A DNA stretch of 35,859 bases from Catajapyx aquilonaris (GCA_000934665.2 KZ539033.1:1-35859), one strand, 5' to 3'. Numbered from the stretch's first letter, positions 1 through 15,905 are shown. Notes: generated from the letters alone by a model not told the origin. Numbers and translations: made by a program.

Positions 1-94
1 ACCCTATTTATGTGCAATTAATTTATATTTCGTCATTTCCATATTCTCAACTGGGAAATATCAGGGTGAGCGAAATATTCTGGGTTTGGGCAAG

Positions 95-112
95 TATTAT
101 TATTATTATTAC

Positions 113-146
<34 letters not shown>
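95..146. repeat. (TAT)n microsatellite
   Basis: Near-perfect run of TAT/TTA triplets; explains the poly-Asn in ORF 33..245. Confidence 0.95.
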
Positions 147-320
147 TGTTGCACAGACCGATTCATTATTAATAATTAAGGGGTAATAAGGAAGTAATAA
201 TAGAGTATGTTCGAGTTTACGCTCAATTTTTCTTGTGCTTTTCAATTTCAGTGCTCAAAAGTTACGCCGGTGGAAGCAGGCCTTGACGCGCGCATGAGGG
301 TCGGCGAAAAGTTTTGCTCG

Positions 321-470
321 TCCATGGCAATGGTCGTCCGTGGCTGATTACGTCGCCATGGCAACGGTCGTCCGTGGCTGAATACATCGCCATGGCAACA
401 GTTGCCATGGCTGATTACGTCGCCATGGCAACGGTCGTCCGTGGACCACCCGTTGCCGTGGCGTCGGCAA
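321..470. repeat. ~34-bp tandem repeat carrying RFX X-box-like palindromes
   Basis: Repeated CGTCGCCATGGCAACGGTCGTCCGTGG; GTCGCCATGGCAAC at 352-365 and 419-432, ATCGCCATGGCAAC at 386-399; CCATGGCAAC-A-GTTGCCATGG hairpin at 390-410. Confidence 0.75.
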
Positions 471-1134
471 TGCTAATCTGACATGCTCATGTTAGTTTGC
501 CTGTCAGTTGCTCGGACATGGCGTCGGCAATGCTTACCTTACACGTTCATTATTGCTAGCCTTACATGTGTGCGTAATTATGCAAGGGAAAAGTTTGTTT
601 CTTTGCGGGCCACCCCGATGCCGTGCGCACAACTTCCTATATGGACAAATTATGATGTTGTTGTTGTTGTCGGTTACAGCTTGGGAACAGGGCGTGCCCC
701 CCCACAACTGCTAGTTTTGAAAAAAATAATTATGGTTTTTTAAATAGTAAATTATGCTTAACATTTTAAATAACAAGAGATTGGATCAGGCCGACTTGCT
801 GTTTGTCGTAACATGTGTTTACCTTGTCTGTCTGTCTGGCTATGATGACCTGATGGGTCAGTGAGGGGTGGGCAGACCATGCCCCAGATGACCCTTGACC
901 TGCAGGAAGCTCCGTGACCTTTGACCTGAGCTCCAAAATTTGCAGAGAGAGAAAATCGAACGACTCAAACGGCTGAGGGTGACAATATTTTCACCCGTTA
1001 CGTACAGGCACATCAAAAATAGTCGCGATCGGCGCACATGGTCATGATAAAACGTATATAATTATTTTAAACTGCGTTTTCCATAATGGTAATTGACTAC
1101 AATGGTACAAAAAAAAAATCATTGTTGTGGCGTC

Positions 1135-1450
1135 ATCATTGTAGGACAGCGCCACGGACAGCACATTTCTTTCTAAGCCTCATCGTTATTCCATCATATG
1201 AGAGGGTCATACCGGAGGGGGAAGCCGTACAGAGACATGTAGAAAGGCTTTTGGTGCCACGACAACCTACTCATGGACACACAGCGGTGCGAGACCTTTC
1301 GCTTTTATAAGAGTCTCATTGCGGGAAGGGTTTCAGTAATTGCCAGCGGAGGACTTGCGTGGGGGGAGAGAATAAACCGCAGCATATGTGTGCCCATCGC
1401 AAAGATCCTCACCGAGCAACATCTGATGTGTCGTTACACATTGTAAAGTA
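1135..1450 (+). pseudogene. Decayed C2H2 (Kruppel-type) zinc-finger array fragment
   Basis: Linker and finger motifs spread over shifting frames: HTG (1208-1216), KPY (1222-1230), CRKAF (1238-1252), HSGARPF (1280-1300), CGKGFS (from 1320), KPQHMCAH; several frameshifts and stops. Confidence 0.65.
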
Positions 1451-1701
1451 CATGACCATAAATTCTGCAATAAAAATGTGTCAATTGAATACGCCATTAT
1501 TTTATGTGTCGTATTCAATGTGGCTTCTTCTGGTGGGCACGCATATGTGTCAAGCCTTCACTATGGTTACGTGTGCTGCAAAAATCACAGAAACAATATT
1601 GTCGGTTAGGATAATAAAGTTTCTTCTGTTCCAAACTAAATTTCCNTATTGCAAAGGTTACTACTAAATCAATGAGTCACTCCTATGGAAAAGTCTTTCA
1701 T

Positions 1702-1730
1702 AACCCGAGCAACGCCGGGTATCCTGCTAG
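1702..1730 (+). mobile_element. Helitron-like 3' terminus (hairpin + CTAG followed by T)
   Basis: ACCCG-AGCAACGC-CGGGT hairpin, then ATCCTG and CTAG (1727-1730), followed by T; the 5' end is not identified. Confidence 0.6.
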
Positions 1731-1761
1731 TATATATATATATTGCAAATCGACAGCAACG

Positions 1762-2890
1762 ATGATGTGTGAGGTAGTGAGGCACATGCTTTTCGTGCGT
1801 ATATTGTTGCTGTCAATAATAATAATACTGTCCTGTCATTTCTGTTTTGGCATAGATGACATCATCGGACACTACGAGGACAAGTGGGACACAAGGCAAG
1901 AGCTGGAAGGGACAAGTTGTTGTTGGTGACGCTCAAATTGATAATAAGGTTTGGATTTATCAGATTACTTGCTACCTATACATAAAAAGCAAAAAGTTCG
2001 TGTGTTTTTTATTGCCAATTTCAAACCCATTCATGCATTTATATGTATATGTGGAATGTGGCAAAGAGTGCATGTTTGTTTGTCCAGGTTGCCACGGCAA
2101 ACTTGTGTCAACCTGATCGCTAGTATTAATTATATTATGTATTACATTAATTTAATGTAATAAATTACTGTTTATTTTCAGGTTGATCCGTTCATATCCT
2201 TATCTGACGAGATGGTGGTGCTGATATTTTCATACATCCCTCGCAATGACCTGCTGGAGAATGTGGCCCGAGTGTGCGAGGACAGTCTAAGTCCATCAAG
2301 ACTTCATGCATGAACTCCTGGAGGAACCTGGATGAACTGCGGCTGAGCACACCAGATGGCAAAGTGCTCGCTGAAGACCCTCCCTGCAACTGACGGAAGC
2401 CAAATCCGCAAGCTGTCAATCGGACACTAAGTGACTGTTGCAGACCTGATGTGCCTGAAGAAGTTCCCACACCTGGAGGACCTCCACTTGCAATGCTCAA
2501 TTATCCAGGACGCCAGCGTGCTCCGGGGTATCGGCCCACTTGCGAACCTGCGATGCCTCGCCTTATCCCGCATGTATCGGCTGAGCCTCCATCCAATCCT
2601 GACCTTCCTGTCCATGCCCAATGTCGCAACGAAATCTCCAGACGCTCAACCTCGTCTACATCTCGTTCTCCAGAGAAGTCTACTCGCCAACGTTCATCCG
2701 AACCTCGCTGACGACTCTGTCCATCCGGTTCGCCTTCAACTTATCCTCCGAGACGCTCCTCAGCTTGGTACAAGTCTGCCCGAACTTGCGGATGTTACAT
2801 CTCAACCACTGTTTGGGTATGGACGTCACGCAGGCCGTCAGCGAGATATCTGCTTTACTACCTGATCTGTCTGTAACGGTATTGCAGTAG
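1762..2890 (+). pseudogene. F-box/LRR protein pseudogene (paralog of 5831..7125); putative exons 1762-1773, 1856-1948, 2182-2890
   Basis: Phase-0 GT-AG introns lead to F-box motif LSDEMVVLIFSYIPRNDLLENVARVC, then a stop at ~2311. LRR parts lie in two further frames (…FLSMPNV and RNLQTLNL…PDLSVTV) and align with …FLSMPSVSRRLERLSL…PDLFVDV of the intact copy. Confidence 0.8.
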
Positions 2891-3549
2891 ACTGGACGAT
2901 TAAGTCAGACCATCCGCATGAGCGTGCGGCAGTACTTTTAGTTCATTGTTATGTTCATGTCATGCTGCAATTTATGCGGGCGTGACAATGTGTTTCATAC
3001 GTTAATACGTTACAATTTAATCCAGTTTGAATATGACAGTATGTTTAATAGGTTGACACCACACATTTTAATGAAGTTGAAGACATTTGCACACGGGGCT
3101 CAGTGCCTGTAATTATTTCCTTAATTGCTTCTATATTAATTTCCTGCCAGCCATTTTGAGAGTTTAATAATACACAGATTGATTCAGCCAGACTTTTCAG
3201 GCTGCGGTCCAGTAAGATTGTCTATTTTACAACTGATTATAATTTACATATACATGTTGGGCACTCAATTATTTATATATGTCGTACGCTCTCAGAGTCG
3301 CAGATTGGAAACGTAGAAGTGGAATACTGGCACGCCAATTTAATCGTTCAGTTTATATGTGATATTCATATGTTCTAAATTGTCGTCATGTAATATCTAT
3401 TATTCATACATGAAATATATTTTCATGCATGAATTACATTTTGTGTTATAATCGGCATAAGTGAAATATTTTCATGCATGAATGTACATTTCTTGTATGA
3501 AGACATGTATGAAACTATATGTCATAATGTATGAAAATGTAATTCATGC

Positions 3550-3717
3550 ATGAAAATATTTCACTTATGCCGATTATAACACGCATTGAAAATATATTTT
3601 TCAAGTGCGAAGATGTAACACACATAAAGATACGTATCTTTATGTGTGTTACATCTTCGCACTTGAAAAATATATTTTCAATGCGTGTTATAATCGGCAT
3701 AAGTGAAATATTTTCAT
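3550..3717. repeat. Perfect 168-bp palindrome within a compound inverted-repeat region (~3404-3717)
   Basis: 84-bp arms with no spacer, centred on TAC|GTA (3633/3634); partial arm copies at ~3420-3482; the ORFs on the two strands translate identically. Confidence 0.95.
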
Positions 3718-5263
3718 ACGTCATAGGCCTATCTTTTGTACAATAAATAAATAAAAAATATTTGCAAATGAGGCCCTTTTTGCTGAAACTTAGGCTGTAA
3801 GGCCAGTTTAATATGGAAAAATAATATTGTTTATAAATATACTAGACGTCCTATGCCCGTCCTATTCTGCATGTAAAACTTTTTATTAATAAGCCCTTCT
3901 TTGCACGTACCCTCAACAAAATATATTTCATTCACATTATCACCATCCCGCGCAGTTCGACTCCTATTCATCTTATAACCGGTTATGGCTCTAACCGGCG
4001 CAATCAAGCTTCATCTTTTTTTCAGGATAAGAATCAAAATTGCAGCCAGTAACCTACTCAAAATTCATGGGTCCACCTGTATTTTAAATATTAATTTTTT
4101 TAAATGTTTTCATGACTAGGCCTGGCAATTCAGCTATTAAAGTAGCTGCTATAAGCAACAACCTTTGATAAAATAGCAGCTTATAGCAGTTATCGTTGCC
4201 AGATGCAAATTCGGGCCTTCATTAATCCGGATTAAATTTAATATTTATTTAACTGCCTAATATTGAAGATTAATTAATAGAGTCCGGTGTGATGTGATTG
4301 TAATCTTTGATAAGTGGCTGTTAATATTGCACGGATCTGTTATGTGCGGCTTGCAACCCTGACTCTAATTATTCGAGAGGATCGAACGCCATTTTCGATT
4401 GTCGTGTTCGGTTGGCTCTTCTTCTTCTCTTCGGCTCATCTTTTTTTTTCCCCTGTTGACCTCCTGACCTGTCTGACCCGACCTGCCAAGGACTGAATTG
4501 GTCTGAGTAGCCCCTGAAGACTCTAGGTACGATCCAAACATTTCAAAGGGGTTCAGATAATATTGGGAGGTAGTATAGCCCCATTCTTATATAGAATGGG
4601 GCTTAAAATAGGGATGGATTTTGGAACGTTGGTGATTTAGTTAAAATTAAGATGAAATATCATAAAATATATCATGCTTTGGTTAGTAGCGAATATAATG
4701 GCCCCTTTTTGAACGTCAAGGGGGTGTGAAAATAAATGTGTTCTTCACTACGCTTATTTAGAAAACATTCAGTTATTTTTTAAATATTATTTTTACGAAT
4801 ATGATTTTGGAGGTTGAAAATTATGTACACTTTTTTTTTCCTGCCAGTTGAGATAACTTATTATTGATTATTTGTGCTACTATCATGTTTAACAGTATTG
4901 TTCATGTAGCGGTGTCCCAATAAGCTGCATTGATTTATTATTGAGATATAGGTATCGGTGGAAAATGTGGGATCAAAGAATTGGGGGATTTGTTATCGAA
5001 TTATTTATTCATGGCCCAGGTGGCAACAGAGCCGCATTTTAGTGTGTACCGGATTTTTATGGGATTTGCATAATTATTTGTGCCCCAATAAGTGTTCATT
5101 GCGCTTGTAAATTTATTTGTATTTTGTGCTTACATGCATTTGTTCATTATTTTATAAACTTCTTTGCGTTTATTAACATTGGCATTTTTATTTGCATTTG
5201 TTTTATTTACATTATTTTGCTTAATTATATTAATTTTTTAAATATGCATTTATTTGATTAACA

Positions 5264-5344
5264 TTAATTAATTATTTACATTTACTGAATTTAATTAATT
5301 ATTTACATTTACTGAATTTAATTAATTATTTACATTTACTGAAT
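5264..5344. repeat. Three tandem 27-bp AT-rich units
   Basis: TTAATTAATTATTTACATTTACTGAAT x3. Confidence 0.9.
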
Positions 5345-5830
5345 TAATTTGATTTTCTTGAATATTTATTTATATTTATTGTGTTTATGTAAGGCATTGT
5401 TTTTACTTCATTGCATTACCTTCATGGCCATGATGTAATGTCCTTTTATTAAAAAAATTAATTGTCCTGTCTGCTATTATCATAAAAATTAAAATGAAAT
5501 ACCTGGAAAGTGTGTAGAGGCCGTGGAAGTACAGCAAGCGTTCAGAAGCATTCCCGTTAAAAATTAGGAGCAACTCGCACTCTAAATTGTCATGTGCCGA
5601 GAAAAATTGGTTCTTGAGCAGATCCTTAATTGTTCCTCGTTATAAGGCTAGAGAGTACCATTGACTGTCATTGTAATTAGTTTCTTGTAAAGATTGTGTT
5701 TATTCATATGGCTGACTAATAAGGATTAATCATGCAACATGCCTATTAATTTTTATGTTAAGACAATGCAAAAGTGTGGAAATCTGAATCACTTTTCTTG
5801 TGCCATTATAGGCTGGAGCAAGTTGCGGCG

Positions 5831-7125
5831 ATGATGGATATGGAAAAGGTGGACAGCGGAAAAGTTGCTCAGGTACATGCTGCGATTGAAGTGCACGAAG
5901 GCTAGATTGTAATATTATTGCCCTTCACTTTCAGGGTGGCGCATTTGCCGTTGTTCCGGATGAGCTGGTCGTTGAAATTTTCACCTACGTGCCCAAGATC
6001 GACCTAGTTAAAAACGTGGCCAAGGTCTGCAGGCGGTTTGCGAGGCTGACCAACGACATGGACATCTGGAGGGAGGCCAGGCTGTTCGGCAACCTGGAGG
6101 AGGATCAGGACATGGTCCAGGTTGTGCGAGGGTTGGAGCAGCACTTTGGAGACAGACTGGCGCACGTGCGAAGCCTGGAAGTTGGCAACTGCACCGGGTT
6201 CGATGCGATCCTCGACGTATTCACCGCAGTGGGCCCGCCGCGATTGGAGTCGCTGTACTTGTGCAACATCGAGATGCACAGTCAGGATTCGCTCAAGCGT
6301 TTGGTGGACCAGCTTGGGGGTCAGCTGAAGCAAGTGCGGATACAGTTCGCATCCTTTCCGGAAGGGAGCCTCCACTTCATGGAACTCCTCTCCAGGTGTT
6401 CCAACCTTCAGAAGCTGTGCTTGTCCAACAACGAGGGTGAATCGGCTCTGAACACTGTACGATGCAGTTGGAGCAGTCTGATGGAAGTACTGTGCGACGG
6501 AGCTGATGCTGAGCTGTCCTTATTAGCCGCATCGGCCGGCAACACACTCAAAAATTTGCAGATTGGGCATTTGGACGAACCCGAGTCGTACCTGCTTATG
6601 TCACAGTTCCGCCAGCTGGAAGTGCTGTGTATTAACTGCAGTTCTCCAGCCGACGCATGCCTTCTGGACGGTATCAGCTCGCTTGGACATCTGCGCGACA
6701 TTGCCCTCGGTCGTGCCTTCTACTTAAGTGCGTCCTCCATCTCCTCATTCCTTTCCATGCCCAGCGTAAGCAGACGGCTAGAGCGGCTGAGCCTGGCTGG
6801 AGCTGACCTTCTGGACGACTCCTGCTTGGAGCTGATCTCGCACTTTTCCAGCCTGACCGAGCTGATCCTCATTTCGTGCGATCAGATCTCACTGGACGGA
6901 CTAATGAGGCTCGTGAAGAAGATGGTGCGCCTCCAGTACATTTGCATCGATTTCTGTGATCAGTTTGACTCGCAAGGACTTTTCAACGAGCTGTCCTCCG
7001 CTAGACCTGATTTGTTCGTGGACGTCCCGGAGCCAGAGGGGAATTACATGGATGAAGAGTCGTTACGTGAAGATGTGTCTATGAGCAATTTGCACATTAA
7101 TCTTAATGACATTTATCGACTCTGA
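5831..7125 (+). CDS. F-box/LRR (FBXL-like) protein; exons 5831-5872 and 5935-7125
   Basis: After the splice, GGAFAVVPDELVVEIFTYVPKIDLVKNVAKVCRRFARLTNDMDIW is an F-box, followed by LxxLxL repeats (LESLYL, LQKLCL, LEVLCI, LERLSL, LTELILISC); 62-nt GT-AG intron, phase 0. Confidence 0.9.
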
Positions 7126-7228
7126 CGCCTCTGCATGATCGGCAGTAATTTTTTGAAAATAATTGCCAATTGCATATCCAATGCCAAATGAACACAGGAT
7201 GAAACCATTATTTCAAGTAAACTAATTA

Positions 7229-7352
7229 TTATGATCTCAAATGAATTAAAGATGAAACAATTATGATCTCAAATGAACTAAAGATGAAACAATTATGTGA
7301 TCTCAAATGAACTAATAAATTATGATCTCAAATGAACTAAGGACGATGAAAC
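7229..7352. repeat. Degenerate ~32-bp tandem repeat in the putative 3' UTR
   Basis: TGATCTCAAATGAA(C/T)TAA core repeated four times. Confidence 0.8.
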
Positions 7353-8036
7353 AATGTGATATCCGCGCAAGTGTTGCGCATCTGAGAAATTAAAATTGCG
7401 GTGTTACAATCTCAGGGAATTTACAAATGTATTTGTAAAGTAATTGCAATTTTGTTGACATTTTTATAAAATAAAATAATTACAGGTAGATGAACATTAT
7501 TTTGGGGATTTACATTGACTTATTTGCGTTACGTACGTTGGTGTGTCGCATTTACTTTGCATGAAAATAGATGCGATGCAAGTGAATGCGAAATTAGTTT
7601 GAACAGGTGCAATTGGTGCATTACTGTATTCATAATTTTTTTTAACAATTACTACGTGTATTTTATATGTAATTAGGCGTCAGTCGGGTTCAGCATACAA
7701 TTTTTCCTCTTCGTCCAACTCATTGAACTTCTGGTGTACATACACTCATTGTTTAATGTTTGACCTCTCATGACCTAAGTTTAGGTCATACAAAGCATGT
7801 AATTAGTTTTCGCAAAAAAAATTAGCGTGGATCTGTCGCACTAATTTTGATTACGCTGTACATGACAGCCATTTTTAGTCCTGGCCGCATATTCGCATTT
7901 AAAAAATTCGCCAAATTCGTAACGAGTGCTATAAATTTAATGTGGCTAGAAATAATTAATCGGCATTAAATAATAACGGGCGTAATTATGATCAACATTA
8001 TTTTGACAGCCACTCCCGGTTGATGACGTCAGGACT

Positions 8037-8377
8037 CAAAATGGCGGCCACCACGTGCACCACACACAGGCTTTAAAAAAAAAAGTTAACAATTTCGAAT
8101 CCGAATTTGGATCCGCAATTTTCATGCGGACTATGGTTCCTAAAATTCGCTCGTGAATTATAGCCCCGGTTATTCCATCCTAGAGCAATTGCATATAGCA
8201 TATCGCCCGTGCCCATATATGGAAGTGAATCCGCTAAGCCACGCCCACTTTTTTCGGGAGGGCGCCATCTTTTATTATCGATACGACATGTTGATAATAT
8301 CGATACTATTCCTCTATTAGGGCATTGGGAGTATCGATACGGAGTTGAGACCGTATCGATACTGTTGTGTATCGATA
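8037..8377. promoter_or_regulatory. Probable housekeeping promoter (five DRE sites + YY1-like motifs), likely for coronin
   Basis: TATCGATA at 8276, 8298, 8332, 8354 and 8370; AAAATGGCGGC at ~8038 and GCCATCTT at ~8264. Confidence 0.55.
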
Positions 8378-8701
8378 TTATAATCGCATTTTTTTTTTCG
8401 CCAAATTTTTTTTTCGCGTGCGGAACAGAAGTTAAAGACTTTTTCGTGTGGCCGCAGGTCTTGTACGGATCTTGGTGGGAAAATGTACGTGCACAGTACG
8501 GGCATAGTGTGTCTGTGTGTGTGGGGGTGTTTTCTTTGGTGTATTAATAACGTGTATTTTTAGGCGTGACTTGGTAAGTCGTGACGTTTCCGGGTTTTGC
8601 AGAATTTTTTCGCCATATTTTTTTTTTGCACCGGCCTCGATTGTTGCGAATTTTACAGGTTGGTTTAAAGTGTATGTGGGTAGCCTGGAATTAGTGCTGA
8701 A

Positions 8702-9640
8702 GTGTACGTTGCATACATTACGTTGGACGTGTACGTCGCGACGTGCGTACATTGAGTACATTACATTACTTGTGTACATTGCATTATGTGTGTACATTGC
8801 ATTACGTGCGTTCATTGAGTTCATTACGTTACATTTGGTTACATGTGTATATTACATTACATGTGTACATTGCATTACATACGTACATTGAGTTCATTAC
8901 ATTACATGTGTACATTGCATACATTGAATGCGTTACATTACATGTGTACATTCCATTACGTGCGTACATTTGCCCTTACATTGAGTAAATTACGTGCGTA
9001 CATTGCATTACGTGCGTACATTGCATTACGTGCGTACATTGCATTACGTGCGTACATTGCATTACATGTGTACATTGAGTGCATTACATCCGATGCATAC
9101 ATTGCATTACATGTGTACATTGGGTACATAGGAGCGTACATTGCATTACATGTGTACATTGTGGACATTGCATACATTACAGTATGGTCGTACATGAAGT
9201 ACAATACTTTAGAAGGGTACATTGCATTACATGTGGACTGTACATTGCGTACATTACGTTAGATGTGTACCTTGCAGTACATGTGTACATTGCGTACATT
9301 ACATTATGTGCGTACATGAAGTACAGTACCTTAGAAGAGTACGTTGCATTACATGTGTACGTTGCGTACATTACGTGCGTACATGAAGTACAGTACCTTA
9401 GAAGAGTACGTTGCATTACATGTGGACTGTACAGTGAGCACATTACGTTAGATGCGTACATTGCAGTACATGTGTACATTGCGTACATTGGTACATGAAC
9501 TTTAGAAGAGCACGTTGCATTACATGTGGACTGTACGTTGAGTACATTATGTGTACCTAGTGTGCATGACATTGCACTAGGTACATGTCGTATCTTACAT
9601 GGCATTTATACATTGCGTACGTTACATTGCATGCGTACAG
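8702..9640. repeat. Minisatellite of 18-bp units (ATTACGTGCGTACATTGC) with higher-order variants
   Basis: Four perfect copies at 8989-9060 and many degenerate ones; a longer subunit TACATGAAGTACA…TTAGAAG recurs at ~9191, 9313 and 9380. Confidence 0.9.
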
Positions 9641-10759
9641 TGTATGGGCCAAATGTTTCTCGCAGTTGTTGGCCAGACGCGACCTTTTCCCAGTTCCATT
9701 GTTGCCGGTTTCTGTGGCGACTGCCTGACAACAATGTGTGGCTGGACAGGTCGCTCCTGGGCAGGGTGACTCCCCGTTGGAGTCTTCTAGTTTGTTCTGG
9801 AGTGTTGTGCGGCGAGTGCGGCGGAGGTTGACTGGGGGTTTTTAAGGAAATGTCGGGTCGTGCGTGCAAGGTGCAGAAGGTTCGTGAAAGCCGGGGAGGT
9901 ACTCGGAGCGGTTCAAAGTCGTGACCTATTTTGACGCTCGCAGGAAATTCGTATGTTGCTGGATGTAATTGTTCAGATGTGTCTTCCGTAGAGCTTGGCA
10001 TTGTGTTGCGAGAGTTCAAAATGTGGGGAATGCCCACCGCCATTGTTGTGTGCATCGAAAACGTGTTAAGAATTTGTGCCGCCACTTTAACATCTATGTA
10101 CTTGCTCGGATATGTTTGTGGCATCAATTCTTCATTATTTACCAATTGCGGCTCTGCAAATTGATGCATTTTTTAAAATTCACACGTTTTAATTCGGGTG
10201 AATTATCCTGATTAAACTACAAATTTAACGCCTCATGAAAATTAATGCGGCTTGTGGAATGGCCTTGTGGAAATTAATGCTGGCAATTTTGGCCCGTTTG
10301 TACGTAGCACGTACCGTGAAAGTATGTTGCCGTTTAAAATGTCGGATTAACGTCAAACTAATTTCGCTGAATTGAACTCTGTGTAAGTATGAGTCGTTGG
10401 CTTTGATTGCAGCGCTTGATTGTCATCGTGCGGTTATGCAGCATAATGCAGGTTACATCATTTGGAAGTGATTTGAATCTCGTTTGAAAGCATCTTGAAA
10501 TAAGATTTGGGGGGGCGGAAAGCAAGGAAGGGGAAATTTTTTTTTCTTTTGGCAAGTGTTCAATGTTGCCAAATTTGGCTCCGAACTATTTTTAGTCCTA
10601 ATTTGAGACAACCGGCACATTTTTTTTCCCTTGGTTGCTTGGGTTCGTTTCTCTCTCGTAACCCATTTAATTAATGCGATGTTTTAAGCTGTAATCCATG
10701 CTATATGACGATCTATTTAATTAAAGTGGTTACGTGCACTTTACGGAACTTGTACGTAA

Positions 10760-14576
<3,817 letters not shown>

Positions 14577-15714
14577 TTCACAGCTACGGGCAATGTTACG
14601 GTGGGGTTACGGCATGACGATGCTTTTGTAAATACGAGTGAGGGCGTTACAGGGGGTAAGTATCAAGGGTGAGGTACGACCAGTTTTGGCGAAGAGCTCA
14701 TGTTGGAGGCGACAGTACGTTGCATCGCAGTAATTGTTGGAATCGGAGCTAACCTGCCTGCCATGTCGTTGCATTTCACTGGATGCTTACCATCCGAGTT
14801 AATTTATGCTCACACGTTAACGGCCTTGTTCTACAAACTGGAGCGTTTGTCGTTACAACCAGTGCATTATGCGGTTGGAGTAATGCAACAAAACATGCTC
14901 AATGTTGCCGTTTTATGTCCATTGCTAATTTGTGTAGGGGTTTCACGAGTCCCGAACATCTTGACGTAACATATTAAAATTTATTGCGCTAGTCTGGATT
15001 TGCTGATTCGCAACTGTTGACGACGTTTTGTTAAAATCAAGGATTTTTAATCCAGTTGTTGCACTGCACTATTGGTTTTTATTATACAAATTTTTAAGCT
15101 TGTCCCAATTACATGTTGTAACGAGCATGTTACGACACCTTCTCACCCTTGTTACAGCCAGATCAAATTATTTATTGTTGTCAGTTCGAAAAGCTCAAGC
15201 GGTGCAAACGTGCATCGTGCCAAAAAAATTACCTCCCCCGTAACGTTACGACGCATGTGCAATTTTTTAAAAAAAAAAATGGCTCGTGTATTTATTTATA
15301 ATAATCTTTGGATTTTTATTTTCTATGAAAAAATCCCGTGTGATAACTAAAAAAAAATTTATTTGTAATCAGTCTGCTGTTCTCTCTCTTTTCTCGGCCA
15401 AAGAGTCAAGTCATTATTTTGTTCTATTTTTTTAACCCACCCCAGTGCGTTTATGAACTCTATTAATTATCGTTGTTTACTATCATTAATTTTTTGGTAC
15501 TAAAAAAAAAAATACCCCAGTGCTTTATAAGTGAACGAGTAAATTAAATCTGTTGCTTTTTTGGGGGGGGAATGGAATGTATTATTTTGTAGATTGCGAA
15601 TTTGTAAATAAGTTTGTAAATGTGCCTTTGTAAAAAAAAAATATATAATGATAATTAATGACGACCTGCAATTTTCAAAAAAAAAATAGGATATTTTTGT
15701 CCCGGTTTTTGGAA

Positions 15715-15720
15715 AATAAA
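15715..15720 (+). terminator. Candidate polyadenylation signal of coronin
   Basis: AATAAA at the end of a ~1.1-kb AU-rich stretch after the coronin stop, followed by T-rich sequence. Confidence 0.45.
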
Positions 15721-15905
15721 GTTTATTAAACAGGCCTACTGTTTATTAACGAGTTATTTAATTTCACGCTTAGCTTCAAGGCCATGTAGCAACAATGCCA
15801 TCCATGGTCATATTTTTCATATTTTCATTCCATATTTTCATATATCATATTTTCATGGCGTATTTTCATATTTCAAATTTTCAATATTTCATATTTTTCA
15901 TGGGG

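Noticed and set aside
33..245. Poly-Asn ORF
   Set aside because: Translation of the (TAT)n microsatellite.
691..714. Additional Helitron-like ends (GGGCGTGCCC…CTAG here, and on the minus strand at ~3842)
   Set aside because: Hairpins are short or incomplete; insufficient support.
3515..3746. Two ORFs with identical peptides on opposite strands
   Set aside because: Artefact of the palindrome.
8743..9605. Repetitive ORFs (YIALRA / MYARNA repeats)
   Set aside because: The 18-bp unit is a multiple of 3, so open frames arise on both strands; frames shift and there is no gene structure.
8702..9640. CRISPR-like array
   Set aside because: No unique spacers or cas genes; eukaryotic minisatellite.
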